Origin: a virus
Direction: 5' to 3' (one strand)
Length of the DNA: 64,000 nt
IMG/VR virus record: IMGVR_UViG_3300030202_003733
Location: 64,001-128,000 of that record
Shown here: positions 18,549-28,137 of the stretch, piece by piece
Layout of the letters: every line of letters begins with the position of its first letter
Position numbering within the stretch: the stretch's first letter is position 1
Program-made: the position numbers and the translations under genes
Notes under the pieces: generated by a model
Told to the model about the DNA's origin: nothing
Database searches by the model: none
Seen by the model: only the letters and a program-made list of their open reading frames with translations

Positions 18549-19796
18549 CTATCTATCCATAATACCAGCAAGAACCTTCATCCTGTCATAGCCAGGACTT
18601 GGGGCTTTTTTCTTGCTTCTTGACGGCAAAGACATCGCAGGCTTACTAACAGCTTCGCTAAGTGATTGTGGCTTACTCTTTTGAGTAGAACCCACTGCGC
18701 TTTGAAGTGTTTCATAAATAACCTTCGTTTCTTCGACCGTCTTTGTATTTGAAATAGCCTCGACAATTTTATTTTTTTGCCGCTCATTCAGGGAGGTGCT
18801 ATTCAAAACATCATTAGTATACAAAAGCTTCGCATTCGAAAGGTTAACTTCCTCCAGCTTGTCCTTTGCAACCAAAACTAGTTGTTTAAGCTTGTCGTTA
18901 TTTTCAGCAAGCTTATCGTATGCGCCTTTAAGTGCGTCATACTTCTCTTTAAAATCATCATCTTGGGCTTTAGCCATCATAAGCTCATCGTTGTGTTCAG
19001 CGTCTTGCTCTGGAACACCCGCGTAGCCACTATTATTCGGGGAAACATCAACTTTAAGGAATTCTTTAACGATCTCCTCTAAGTTATCCTCAGTGATTTC
19101 AATCTCTTCTTCTTGGACGGCGGGACTACCATCAGGGTTCTTATGTCTCCTGCCTGGTTTCGCTCTGTCGGCCTGAGGGGTGAGAGATTCTTCCATCTCT
19201 TCTTCGTCTTCCTCGTGGAGACGATCGGCGTGCATACGATCACGACCTTGGTCGCGGTCTTCGTTGCCAGCGCGAGCCGCTGCCCCACCTTCATCAAGAT
19301 CAACGCCGCGACCCTTGAGAACATCGGCCTGAGTGGTCTTGCCGTCTTTGTTTAAATCTGGAAATTCTTTTTTCTCTTCGATTTCTTCGTCATCGGCACT
19401 TGTCATTATTTGGTTAACAAGCTCATCGCTTAATTCAGCAGCTTCTTCAAGACCCATGGCTTCGTCACCGGCGTCATCGCCCATCTCGCCACGAATTGCG
19501 TCTAAAAGTTCTTTGGCCGAGATTTCAAAGCTCTGTTGCTCTCCGTCCTCCGGGCATGGGCAAAGTTCTTCGCCAGCTTGGCCCGCATCGGGTACCTCGC
19601 CAACGTCCTCTTTGGAGTCAGAACCAAACATAGCGCCTGTTTCCTCTCCCTCATCCTCCGGCTGCTCCAAAAGAGCATTGACGGCCTCTTTAATTTGTGT
19701 AGCATATTTGCTTACGACCACGGCTTCAGCATTTTTCAAAGCTGCTTCTCGTAGTGCATCAGCATCAACTATTGCTTGTTCTAACAAAGATGACAT
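18549..19796 (-). CDS. Prohead scaffold/core protein (gp22-like)
   Basis: Acidic coiled-coil, upstream of MCP; C-terminal RMKVLAGI; LNERQKNKIVEAI. Confidence 0.8.
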   Translation of the reverse strand: MSSLLEQAIVDADALREAALKNAEAVVVSKYATQIKEAVNALLEQPEDEGEETGAMFGSDSKEDVGEVPDAGQAGEELCPCPEDGEQQSFEISAKELLDAIRGEMGDDAGDEAMGLEEAAELSDELVNQIMTSADDEEIEEKKEFPDLNKDGKTTQADVLKGRGVDLDEGGAAARAGNEDRDQGRDRMHADRLHEEDEEEMEESLTPQADRAKPGRRHKNPDGSPAVQEEEIEITEDNLEEIVKEFLKVDVSPNNSGYAGVPEQDAEHNDELMMAKAQDDDFKEKYDALKGAYDKLAENNDKLKQLVLVAKDKLEEVNLSNAKLLYTNDVLNSTSLNERQKNKIVEAISNTKTVEETKVIYETLQSAVGSTQKSKPQSLSEAVSKPAMSLPSRSKKKAPSPGYDRMKVLAGIMDR

Positions 19797-19831
19797 ATTG
19801 GTTTCCTCTAGAATAATTAAAACTTCACAAA

Positions 19832-19839
19832 TAAGTAGT
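19832..19839 (-). promoter_or_regulatory. Candidate late promoter ACTACTTA (scaffold-MCP)
   Basis: Intergenic variant. Confidence 0.55.
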
Positions 19840-19870
19840 AGTCAAATAGCTTAAATTCCAATTTTAGCAG

Positions 19871-20176
19871 TTATTTGTTTTCTTGTGAAGCGTTATGTTT
19901 TTCTATGGCCCTCTCTCTTTTGATTCTTTTCTTTCTTCTTTTTACAGAGGGCTTCTCAAAATACATTTTTTCTCTAAATTTATCAAGAATACCCTCTTTC
20001 TTGCATTTTTTCAAAAATCTTTTAACTGCCCTCTCAGGATTTTCGTTCTTCCTTGGTATCACAGTCATGTTGCTGGGTTTGTTACCGGAAGAATATGAGC
20101 GAGAACGATACTCATAACTTTTCATTCGATCGCGTTCTTCTTTGGAGGTGTGTCGGTATGTTTTTCTAGTAGACAA
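19871..20176 (-). CDS. rpsU: Phage-encoded ribosomal protein bS21
   Basis: ENPERAVKRFLKKCKKEGILDKFREKMYFEKPSVKRRKK matches the bS21 signature; start uncertain (TTG). Confidence 0.88.
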   Translation of the reverse strand: MSTRKTYRHTSKEERDRMKSYEYRSRSYSSGNKPSNMTVIPRKNENPERAVKRFLKKCKKEGILDKFREKMYFEKPSVKRRKKRIKRERAIEKHNASQENK

Positions 20177-20185
20177 AGAAACCTC

Positions 20186-20656
20186 TTAGCCAACACCGGT
20201 AGAACCAGAATAATTATTACCAGAAGTGCCAGACAAATGTGCAGCACGAATACCGGTTAACCCAGCAATAACAGTCGCCTCTTTAACGGTCTGGTCGCAC
20301 GACAGTAGGTATACCTCGGTGCATTTAATTTCCATGGTCACTGACTCACTGCCGCTAAGCTCAAAGAAAAAACGATCTTGGCCGGCAACACCAGCTTCGG
20401 AAAAACCAACCCTAATACCGTTGTCGGGCCCCACACCATAGTTAGATCCCGTAGGGTCATGCCTAACGGTAATAAATTTTGTAACATAAGGAAAAGATAC
20501 TTTAGCCGCAGCTATAGTACTGGTGTGGCCTTTTCCTTCCCCGCTCGAAGCCGGCACTAAAACCGACGACGTAATATAGGGCATCCCGCTCACCTGGTAC
20601 GACCCAACATTGTTGACTCCTACATCGTACCGGCCATTAAATCCATCGTATGCCAT
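20186..20656 (-). CDS. Hypothetical, probably virion structural protein
   Basis: 156 aa beta-rich, AAGGAG SD, upstream ACTATTTA motif. Confidence 0.65.
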   Translation of the reverse strand: MAYDGFNGRYDVGVNNVGSYQVSGMPYITSSVLVPASSGEGKGHTSTIAAAKVSFPYVTKFITVRHDPTGSNYGVGPDNGIRVGFSEAGVAGQDRFFFELSGSESVTMEIKCTEVYLLSCDQTVKEATVIAGLTGIRAAHLSGTSGNNYSGSTGVG

Positions 20657-20678
20657 TTATAACTCCTTCGCTACTAAA

Positions 20679-20686
20679 TAAATAGT
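20679..20686 (-). promoter_or_regulatory. Candidate late promoter ACTATTTA (upstream of 20656 and rpsU)
   Basis: Intergenic. Confidence 0.6.
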
Positions 20687-20689
20687 CTA

Positions 20690-21088
20690 TTAAATTAAAG
20701 CTTTCCAATTTTTTCCACCAACAGATAAAATACCTGAGATATCTACCCCTGGGTCTGACGGATCAGTATCAGCAAGGGGATCCGCTGCTACTTGTGTTTT
20801 ATTTTTTTGTGCCGGTGCAGGTGTCAGACCCTCAAAAATATTTACACCGTTAAAAGCATCAGCCCCTATAGAATCTATGAGCTTCTTTTTTCCAGCAGAT
20901 AAATTATTATTGATAATCCTCTCTGCCTTAACAGGCACGACTCGTGCCGATTCCTCAATCACTGGACTGCCTAACCCAGTGACCACCTCGGATACAATAC
21001 CAGAGAGGATTCCCTCTTCTAATATAACTTCTTTAATACATTGTTTAATCAAAGGCTTCAATACCTTCTTCAAATCCCCAGACTTCAT
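20690..21088 (-). CDS. Hypothetical head-region protein with tag-like N-terminus
   Basis: MKSGDLKKVLKPLIKQCIKEVILEEG. Confidence 0.7.
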   Translation of the reverse strand: MKSGDLKKVLKPLIKQCIKEVILEEGILSGIVSEVVTGLGSPVIEESARVVPVKAERIINNNLSAGKKKLIDSIGADAFNGVNIFEGLTPAPAQKNKTQVAADPLADTDPSDPGVDISGILSVGGKNWKALI

Positions 21089-21690
21089 TTTTCCTTCCTT
21101 AATATTTCATTTAAAGCGTAATTGATTCTATCTTTCTTGGAGAGACCCAGTGATCTCTTTTTTCCCTCTGTATACATATATGCCTCAAAGGTCGAGGGCT
21201 CGGACACAAAGTCAAAACATATTAGCTGGAAGTCGTCTTGTACAATTGTATTGCCGTTCCTATCTGAAACAGAGCCCATCCCCCTGGACGATATGCCTAG
21301 CTTTGCGCCAGCCTTAGCAAGTTCTTGCAGAACTTTACCGCATGGTGTATTTAAAACTTTAACTTTACCCATCACCTTATTACCTTCCCACCAAGAATCA
21401 ACAACCATGTGAGAAACCTTTTCCAGAGTAATGACAGAACTATCAGGGTGGTCTAGTTCTCCAAGGGCTCTACCCTGCTTGATGAGATCATTATATTTCT
21501 GCATCTCTCTTTTAAGAATTTCTTCACTATATATCCTTCCATTCCCATTTTTCTGGTCTGAAGCTTGCATGCACCCGGTCATAAAAAAAGCAGTCCCATC
21601 AGACATTTGCCTTTTTTCGCTTTCAGTTAGGTAGTCTTGACATATACCACCGTCACACAATTCATAGTATTCTCTTAGTAAGTTCTTCAT
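21085..21690 (-). CDS. gp21: Prohead core protease (T4 gp21-like)
   Basis: NGNGRIYS, ALGELDHP, VSH, LGISSRGMGS, ICFDFVSEPST. Confidence 0.93.
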   Translation of the reverse strand: MKNLLREYYELCDGGICQDYLTESEKRQMSDGTAFFMTGCMQASDQKNGNGRIYSEEILKREMQKYNDLIKQGRALGELDHPDSSVITLEKVSHMVVDSWWEGNKVMGKVKVLNTPCGKVLQELAKAGAKLGISSRGMGSVSDRNGNTIVQDDFQLICFDFVSEPSTFEAYMYTEGKKRSLGLSKKDRINYALNEILRKEK

Positions 21691-21692
21691 TT

Positions 21693-21821
21693 TTAATTCC
21701 TAGTGATAGCGGGCGCAACCCGCACGATACTCTTTCCTTTGCAGCAAAAACGGACTCTCTGGAGCATCCAATCTCTCCGAGCCCAAGCAGATTTATAAGC
21801 TGTCTGCGTATTCTGTATCAT
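21693..21821 (-). CDS. Small 42-aa overlapping ORF with a Cys-Cys motif
   Basis: Not in track. AAGGAGGTGA SD before ATG 21821; MIQNTQTAYKSAWARRDWMLQRVRFCCKGKSIVRVAPAITRN; stop 2 nt before the protease ATG. Confidence 0.55.
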   Translation of the reverse strand: MIQNTQTAYKSAWARRDWMLQRVRFCCKGKSIVRVAPAITRN

Positions 21822-22137
21822 CTCTCACCTCCTTTATATAGAAAATATTAAGGCCAGAATCCCCATAAAGGTTAACCAGCGCATAGGTTGTGGCTGAAGA
21901 CAGCCACCCACATATGAAAAAATTTGCTACCGTGTATTCAAAAGTAAATAGTTCAGTAAAACCATTTATGGTAAATAAAAACCAGCCCACATGAAAGCCA
22001 AGACACATGGGGCAATGGAAAAGTTTCCCAAGCCCATATAGCCATTCTCTAGACGGCCTAATTTTATCGAAAATAGTTCCGTAAAGAAGTGCCTGTGAAA
22101 GACCCCAACAAGCTAATACAAAATATAATAACTCCAC
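21793..22137 (-). CDS. Small membrane protein, DUF1360-like
   Basis: Hydrophobic helices with LFHCPMCLGFHVGW. Confidence 0.7.
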   Translation of the reverse strand: MELLYFVLACWGLSQALLYGTIFDKIRPSREWLYGLGKLFHCPMCLGFHVGWFLFTINGFTELFTFEYTVANFFICGWLSSATTYALVNLYGDSGLNIFYIKEVRDDTEYADSL

Positions 22138-22138
22138 T

Positions 22139-22726
22139 CTACCTCTCTTTATCTTCTTGCAGATAATAATTATAATAATAGGGACTATGCATAACAGACA
22201 TGCCGGTTATCATAGCGCCTTTCTTGTCTTCGTGCGGGACATCGCCAAGGGCTGTGGATTTTTCCTCTTCGGGATCCGTAAAGTGCTCCTCTTCCATATC
22301 CTCTAAATAATCCATTGTCTCAAAATACGGTCTCTCAGTACCAATCCATTTTGATATGTTCAACATAATAAGTTTAATTGGAGAGGGGTGGTTCGATACG
22401 GGTATCTCGGCTTCAATAGAACCATAAGCGTTGCCGCCCCTAACACTGCCCATGGTGACCAGGCCTTTCTTTTTTAAGTAAGTGAAAAGCCTATCTTGAG
22501 CACCATAAATTATATCGTTCATTACCTTTTTAGGGAACGCAATAACTTTACTCTTCTCGGGCATAATAACTATATCTATATCGCCGTGATCAAATATAAT
22601 TATATTTCCATCCAAAGTCTTTCTAGCATCCAGTTTAAATTTTAGTACTTCCCCTTTCGGGCCCGGACCTACATCAATTTTCAGCGAAGGTTTATTTTTT
22701 TTATCTACGTTAATCTGAATCGGCAT
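22139..22726 (-). CDS. Hypothetical protein
   Basis: 195 aa ORF in the head operon, overlapping the upstream stop. Confidence 0.7.
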   Translation of the reverse strand: MPIQINVDKKNKPSLKIDVGPGPKGEVLKFKLDARKTLDGNIIIFDHGDIDIVIMPEKSKVIAFPKKVMNDIIYGAQDRLFTYLKKKGLVTMGSVRGGNAYGSIEAEIPVSNHPSPIKLIMLNISKWIGTERPYFETMDYLEDMEEEHFTDPEEEKSTALGDVPHEDKKGAMITGMSVMHSPYYYNYYLQEDKER

Positions 22727-23549
22727 CGGACTTTGCCTCCCTCACAAGACTTTGTATGTGGAGTATGTCTTTCACAGCAACGGCATCGATGTTTCTATCA
22801 GAAAAACTATCTAGCACCGACAAGACCTCTTGAGTTTTTTCCATAATTCTGCTGTCTTCTTTCACCTCGTCCAAGGACAGAATTTGCTCAACCTCGTTCT
22901 TCAACCGGCCCAATTCTTCGTTTAAAAATATTTTAAACTTAATACCATTGTCCGCAAAAGATGTTATGAAATGATTAAGAAGATATTTTTGTTCTTGGTG
23001 TAGATTATCTTCATTAGAATATTTATCATTAAATTTTGCTACAAACTTACCATATACAAGATTATCGATCGGCTTCATTTGCTTAGGCTCACCAGATGTC
23101 TTGGAGAGGAGACCAGCCAATCGGTCTTCAAGAATAACCCTATCTTTGATAGTGGTGCCCTGATCTAATATCCTGTCTATCGTGGCCAAATATTTATAAT
23201 TTGGCACAAAATTACTAAAGACAGAACTATCAAGCTGTTTGTTTATTTTATTTATAAGTCTTGTTTGTTCTTTGTAAACCGTTTCAGGATCAACATTTTT
23301 ATGAAGCATTTTTGCCTCAAGTATAAGCTTTTCAGCCAAGATACGATTTAAACCCTCACTATCCTTCAGTGCATCAAAAACTTTTAATTGTTTACTAAGA
23401 GGCGAACCAGTAGGGAAGTGTTCTTTAATTATAGATAAAACCTTTTCCTTTCTTTCGTAATCTTCTTTTATAACAGACTTGGTCAGTTCCCTAACCAATG
23501 CCTCATACAAAAAAGCAGTATTTCTTTTTTTATTATGTTTAAGTTTCAT
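22710..23549 (-). CDS. Hypothetical helical protein downstream of portal
   Basis: 279 aa, coupled to the portal stop. Confidence 0.75.
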   Translation of the reverse strand: MKLKHNKKRNTAFLYEALVRELTKSVIKEDYERKEKVLSIIKEHFPTGSPLSKQLKVFDALKDSEGLNRILAEKLILEAKMLHKNVDPETVYKEQTRLINKINKQLDSSVFSNFVPNYKYLATIDRILDQGTTIKDRVILEDRLAGLLSKTSGEPKQMKPIDNLVYGKFVAKFNDKYSNEDNLHQEQKYLLNHFITSFADNGIKFKIFLNEELGRLKNEVEQILSLDEVKEDSRIMEKTQEVLSVLDSFSDRNIDAVAVKDILHIQSLVREAKSDADSD

Positions 23550-25530
23550 CCGTGTCCGGCTCCATTTCCATTTTTTTCAAACTTTCTATCAAAAATTTAG
23601 CATCACCAGATGCGATAGATATGTCTTTTTCGCCCTTAAGCTTTTGTTCTACATTATAATTAGGTGACAAATCTTCATAAATCCTAGTCATTTTGCCTAG
23701 CCCCATTAATTCTTTTGCACCCGGTATCTCTTTGTTGACCCTAATGTTGGCACCAGTTCTCATATTCTTCCTTTGGGGCACCCTAAACTTTCTTTGATCG
23801 GAGACGACTGGCCTATAAAGTTTGCCCTTCGACTTAGCAGTCGTCGTGGCTGGCTTTCGCTTTCTGTCGTCAGTATCCCTTTTCGCTGGAGACGGCGTAG
23901 CTAGGAGAGTATCTTCCCCAGCCGCCGGGGCTTCTTCCCCACCCAGCGCACCTTCAGGAGGTGCTGCTGTCTCTTCTGGTTCTGAGAGAGCTTCACCGGT
24001 GTCGTCAGGTAGCGCCCCCATGCCAAGGTCGTCGCCACCAAGTCCTGCCATACCACCAGCAGCCAACTCCTCGCCGGCCATTTCGGCTATAGCATTAAGT
24101 TCAGCATCAAATTTACGATCGTAGAACATTTCTCTTTGGTTTCTAAGGAAATCGTCCTCAGAAAGTCCAAACATATTCTTAGCAACCCAACGCCTACTAA
24201 AGTAACCCTCAGTAGCAGAGGCAGCCGTATCGAACTTAGTCCTCCAGTGCTCCAGTTCTTGAAGTTCTGCCAATTTGGACGGGTTGTTAAGGGAGAGTTT
24301 AAAACCAATTAAGTCATCGCCTCGATACCCCAAGGTATACAAGTGTACAATCCCTATTTTTTCCATCTCAGAAACTAGCGCCCGCTGGAGTCTTTGAATA
24401 GTTCTAGCAAATCTAATGTCCTTTTGGGCCAACGTCGACTTATCTTCCTCGCCGCCCTCACCAAGGGTAAGATACGATTGAGGAACTTTGAGAGCCGCAA
24501 ACAATTTGTCTCTAAGGTATTTTACATCATCTATGTCAGAGGCGTGATTACCCCCAGGTAATGTGTCAACGGAAGCAAATTTTGTATCCCCTCTTGTAGG
24601 GATATATATATCTTCTTCAACACTAAGAGGATTATATCTAACGTCCACTCGACCACTGTTTGAATCAACTACTTGGTTCCTCTTCATCTGAGTCATTACT
24701 CTCTGCATATATTGTTCAACATCTTGTGGAGCAATATTCCCAACATCCACATAAAATATTCTTCTCTCCGGAGCCCTAACGATTCTGTAGGCCATCATCG
24801 CGTCCTCCATCAGAGTAAGCTGACGCCATATTCTCCTAGCTGGCTCTAGGACAGAGGTTCCGTAAGGGGACCATTTATCGTTCCCTAAAATTCTAAAGTG
24901 GGCGATCTGCCAATTCTCAAAGGTCATCCCGGCTGCGTTCCATTGATATTGAACATAGTTAGGGTTGGTTTTGTCCTCACCCTCAAGCCTTTCCAATTCA
25001 TTCGATGGAAGACCCACAGCAGCTTTAATTCCCATAGTATCGTCTATATCAAGATATAAGAAGAAGTCTCCAAACTTACACATGGAACGCGACCACCCAA
25101 ATAAATTAAACTCCACATTTAAAATATTATGATAGAGGGAATCTAATATTTCTTTTATTTCCTCATTTTGGCAGTCGATTGAAAGCATGCGAGTTAACTG
25201 CGAGGAGGTTGTCATCTCGTCAGCATATATATCCAGCGCAGATGCGATCTCGGGTGTGTACTCCATAGCGTCAAAGTCTTTGTACCTCTCGGCCCGGTCC
25301 TGCTGCGCCATCATATTCGACTGCATAGTCTCGAAGGGGTTGTACCTACTCTTCTTGAACTGCTGACCACTTGCGGACTTAAACGTACTAGCGAATTTAT
25401 CTATTTCTCTTCGCTTTATTCGTCTACCCGTCTGTGTTCTCCTGCCTACAATCGGGCCAGAGAATATTCTCGTTAACCTTTTAAAAAGGTCCGATGAGGA
25501 GTTTCTTGGATTTCTATCATTGTCTGCCAT
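23539..25530 (-). CDS. gp20: Portal protein (T4 gp20-like)
   Basis: EIASALDIYAD, LMEDAMMAYRIVRAPERRIFYVDVGN, YNPLSVEED, IDDVKYLRDKLFAALKVP. Confidence 0.95.
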   Translation of the reverse strand: MADNDRNPRNSSSDLFKRLTRIFSGPIVGRRTQTGRRIKRREIDKFASTFKSASGQQFKKSRYNPFETMQSNMMAQQDRAERYKDFDAMEYTPEIASALDIYADEMTTSSQLTRMLSIDCQNEEIKEILDSLYHNILNVEFNLFGWSRSMCKFGDFFLYLDIDDTMGIKAAVGLPSNELERLEGEDKTNPNYVQYQWNAAGMTFENWQIAHFRILGNDKWSPYGTSVLEPARRIWRQLTLMEDAMMAYRIVRAPERRIFYVDVGNIAPQDVEQYMQRVMTQMKRNQVVDSNSGRVDVRYNPLSVEEDIYIPTRGDTKFASVDTLPGGNHASDIDDVKYLRDKLFAALKVPQSYLTLGEGGEEDKSTLAQKDIRFARTIQRLQRALVSEMEKIGIVHLYTLGYRGDDLIGFKLSLNNPSKLAELQELEHWRTKFDTAASATEGYFSRRWVAKNMFGLSEDDFLRNQREMFYDRKFDAELNAIAEMAGEELAAGGMAGLGGDDLGMGALPDDTGEALSEPEETAAPPEGALGGEEAPAAGEDTLLATPSPAKRDTDDRKRKPATTTAKSKGKLYRPVVSDQRKFRVPQRKNMRTGANIRVNKEIPGAKELMGLGKMTRIYEDLSPNYNVEQKLKGEKDISIASGDAKFLIESLKKMEMEPDTDET

Positions 25531-25533
25531 TTT

Positions 25534-27120
25534 TTATCCTTTCATTAGCCATATAAAATCGCTATTGTTTTTAAAGTAGTCTTCTCTTTTTTCTTCGATG
25601 GATCTCTTTTCTGTATATGAACTGCCAAGCTGTTCGTGTTGAAACCTCGTTGTTTTCATTGTGATCGCTCCAAAAAAAGCTTTCCTGTATTCCAAGTCGC
25701 GCTTGTTTACAGTAAGTGCAGTATCTCGAACCCAGCAACCAACCGCAAGAGCCATGACAAGGTCATCATTATAACCTCTCATTGCCTCCGGCTTGCCGCC
25801 ATTCCATATAAATGTTTCAAGCTCCTTGTGTGTCCTACTAGAATATATAGTAATTAGTTTATTTCTTATAAATTCTTCTAGCTTTGCTATAATAAGCGGC
25901 CTAGTCTTTGTAGATGTAGTGAAGCCTGGGACCGAGTCTCTTTTCATCCCAGCAAGAGCCGGGTCTATGAAGTCGTGTGAGCCTTTCAAAGAATAATATA
26001 TACTTGGATAGCCTAAAACCTCTAGCTTCTCTAAAACGGATATACCTATCCCAATATTATCTACAACCAAAAGACACTCGCCATACTCTTTCCCACACTG
26101 GTTTAGTATATTCGCGTACTGATCTAGTGTCGGCTTGCCACAATATTCAGCCACAACCTCCATAGTCTCTAGTTTTATTATGTGAAAAGCTGAGCTGTCT
26201 CTGCCGTCGCCACGCGCCACATCTGCTGTCAGGAGGTAACTGAACTCGGGGCTGAAGTCCTCCCAGATCCAGTAATTTCTGTCTAGCCCGGTCTTATATT
26301 TTGGGTCAGCCAAATTATTTCTCATGCCCTCTAGTAAATCACCATGTATTACGGTTTCACCAGAGGTGTTAAAGTTACACTCAAGCTCTTGTGCTATTTG
26401 CCGAGTGGACATATTCCTTGTTTCTTTCTCGTACCACTCTTCATCCCTTTCCGGGTGTACATCCCACGGAAGTATAGAGGGGAAAAAATCATTATTTTCT
26501 TGATCAGCGTCCACATATGTTTTGTGAAACCAATTCCCCACACCGTTAGGGGTAGAGAGAGCGATACATCGCCCACCAGTAGAAAGAGTAGGGTAGAGAC
26601 CTGTCCACAACTCATCAAGCCCCTCAACGTGTGCAGCCTCATCAATCACAAGGAGAGACAAGGCTTCGGAACGACCAGCATCGCCGCTAGTTGAGGTTGC
26701 TTTTATTTGCGAGCCGTTCGAAAGCTCAAATGACGCCCTATTATCTATTCTTATTTCTGCGACTCTTATCCACTTAGGCAGGCCTTTTACAATTGACTTT
26801 ACTTTTTTGACAAGGTTGGTCGCTGTTTGAAACTTGGTGGCCATAACAAGAATATTTTTTTCTCTATGGAAAAGCATAAACCAAACAACATAAGCAGCCG
26901 TTATAGTGGACAAGCCAAGCTGCCTCGCTTTCAAAATTACGTTAAAGCGGTGGTCGTTAAACCTCTCCAGCATCTCATCTTGGAACGGATAAGTTTTAAA
27001 CGGTATCAGTCCCTCTATCGGATGTGAGATCCTAACATAATTATTTATAAAGTAGCTAGGATCTTTGCCGGATTTTAAAATTTCCGACATCATTTGATTT
27101 TTGGATAACTGATATGCCAT
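25534..27120 (-). CDS. gp17: Terminase large subunit (gp17-like)
   Basis: ILKARQLGLST (Walker A region), LLVIDEAAH (Walker B), STPNG, ADVARGDG and DDLVMA nuclease motifs. Confidence 0.95.
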   Translation of the reverse strand: MAYQLSKNQMMSEILKSGKDPSYFINNYVRISHPIEGLIPFKTYPFQDEMLERFNDHRFNVILKARQLGLSTITAAYVVWFMLFHREKNILVMATKFQTATNLVKKVKSIVKGLPKWIRVAEIRIDNRASFELSNGSQIKATSTSGDAGRSEALSLLVIDEAAHVEGLDELWTGLYPTLSTGGRCIALSTPNGVGNWFHKTYVDADQENNDFFPSILPWDVHPERDEEWYEKETRNMSTRQIAQELECNFNTSGETVIHGDLLEGMRNNLADPKYKTGLDRNYWIWEDFSPEFSYLLTADVARGDGRDSSAFHIIKLETMEVVAEYCGKPTLDQYANILNQCGKEYGECLLVVDNIGIGISVLEKLEVLGYPSIYYSLKGSHDFIDPALAGMKRDSVPGFTTSTKTRPLIIAKLEEFIRNKLITIYSSRTHKELETFIWNGGKPEAMRGYNDDLVMALAVGCWVRDTALTVNKRDLEYRKAFFGAITMKTTRFQHEQLGSSYTEKRSIEEKREDYFKNNSDFIWLMKG

Positions 27121-27126
27121 ATTCCA

Positions 27127-27756
27127 TCACTTTTCTTTTACGTATTTGCTGTTGATAGTCTCTCTAGCGAAAACACCTTTCTCTCTGAAAACAGGTTGCC
27201 CAGGCGTGGGCTCTTTGCGTTTATCATTTTGTGGCCTCTTGCCCTTAAACCCACCAAGTTCCAAAAAGCTTCTAAAGTCTTTGTCTAGTTTTCTATCAAG
27301 ATCCTCGCCCACGGGACTGGCATCACTTATGTTGCCTATTACATATTGTTTAGATGACTGCACCCATGTTCTAACCCTGGACGTGTTTTGGACAATTGCG
27401 CCCACATCTCCATCAGGGGTCAAGGTCAGGGAGTTGCCCGTAAGTTTCCTATATTCTTTTTTCAAGTAAGATGCAACATTTTCTATCATTTGTTCCACTT
27501 CGCTCTCAAAATTGCCCGAGTAAACATCTTTTAACATTACTTCGGACTGATAGGTGATGACCAGTTTATTGCCGGCAAACTTAACCCCGAAGCCGTCCAT
27601 AACCCTATAGTCTAAGATTGGATCCCCTTCCTCTCTCTTAAGGCCAATTTTTTTGGCCTCACCATCGGCGGAATATTTTTCATTGTGCGAACCATCGTAA
27701 GCGTTTGCAGCAGCTTGCGAAATGGCCCTTATTATTTCTAGTGTTTCAGCGGACAT
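27127..27756 (-). CDS. Hypothetical protein
   Basis: 209 aa ORF upstream of terminase. Confidence 0.75.
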   Translation of the reverse strand: MSAETLEIIRAISQAAANAYDGSHNEKYSADGEAKKIGLKREEGDPILDYRVMDGFGVKFAGNKLVITYQSEVMLKDVYSGNFESEVEQMIENVASYLKKEYRKLTGNSLTLTPDGDVGAIVQNTSRVRTWVQSSKQYVIGNISDASPVGEDLDRKLDKDFRSFLELGGFKGKRPQNDKRKEPTPGQPVFREKGVFARETINSKYVKEK

Positions 27757-27772
27757 GCTATTTCTTCTCCTT

Positions 27773-28123
27773 TTATTCGCGGTGTTCTATATTCTTAACA
27801 TAGCACAAAAAACAACAATTGTGTCTATTCATATACAAGTCATCCTTTACGGTAAAAGAGTATATGTTACAGACAGGACAGGTTCTATCTTGCGCCTCTT
27901 TAATAAGTAGTTTTTTTGTTATTAAAACGCCATCTACTTCAATTTTCTCTTCACCTTCTTTTCTAGCTAGGTGTTTTTTATCAAACTTTTTTATTTGTTC
28001 TTTATACTCTTCTTCCTTGGATTCATTCCAGTGCTTTTGTGGATTCTGGATTGCTTCCTCGCCATATTTGCTCGCTATGGCCCTTTCAAATTTAGCTATT
28101 ATATTTGGATCTCGGTTACCCAT
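27773..28123 (-). CDS. Small zinc-finger-like protein
   Basis: CPVC...CCFLC at the C-terminus. Confidence 0.7.
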   Translation of the reverse strand: MGNRDPNIIAKFERAIASKYGEEAIQNPQKHWNESKEEEYKEQIKKFDKKHLARKEGEEKIEVDGVLITKKLLIKEAQDRTCPVCNIYSFTVKDDLYMNRHNCCFLCYVKNIEHRE

Positions 28124-28137
28124 TTTGAAATTTCCCC

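Noticed and set aside
27127-27756. Terminase small subunit (by position)
   Set aside because: No recognisable gp16 or HTH features; position alone is insufficient
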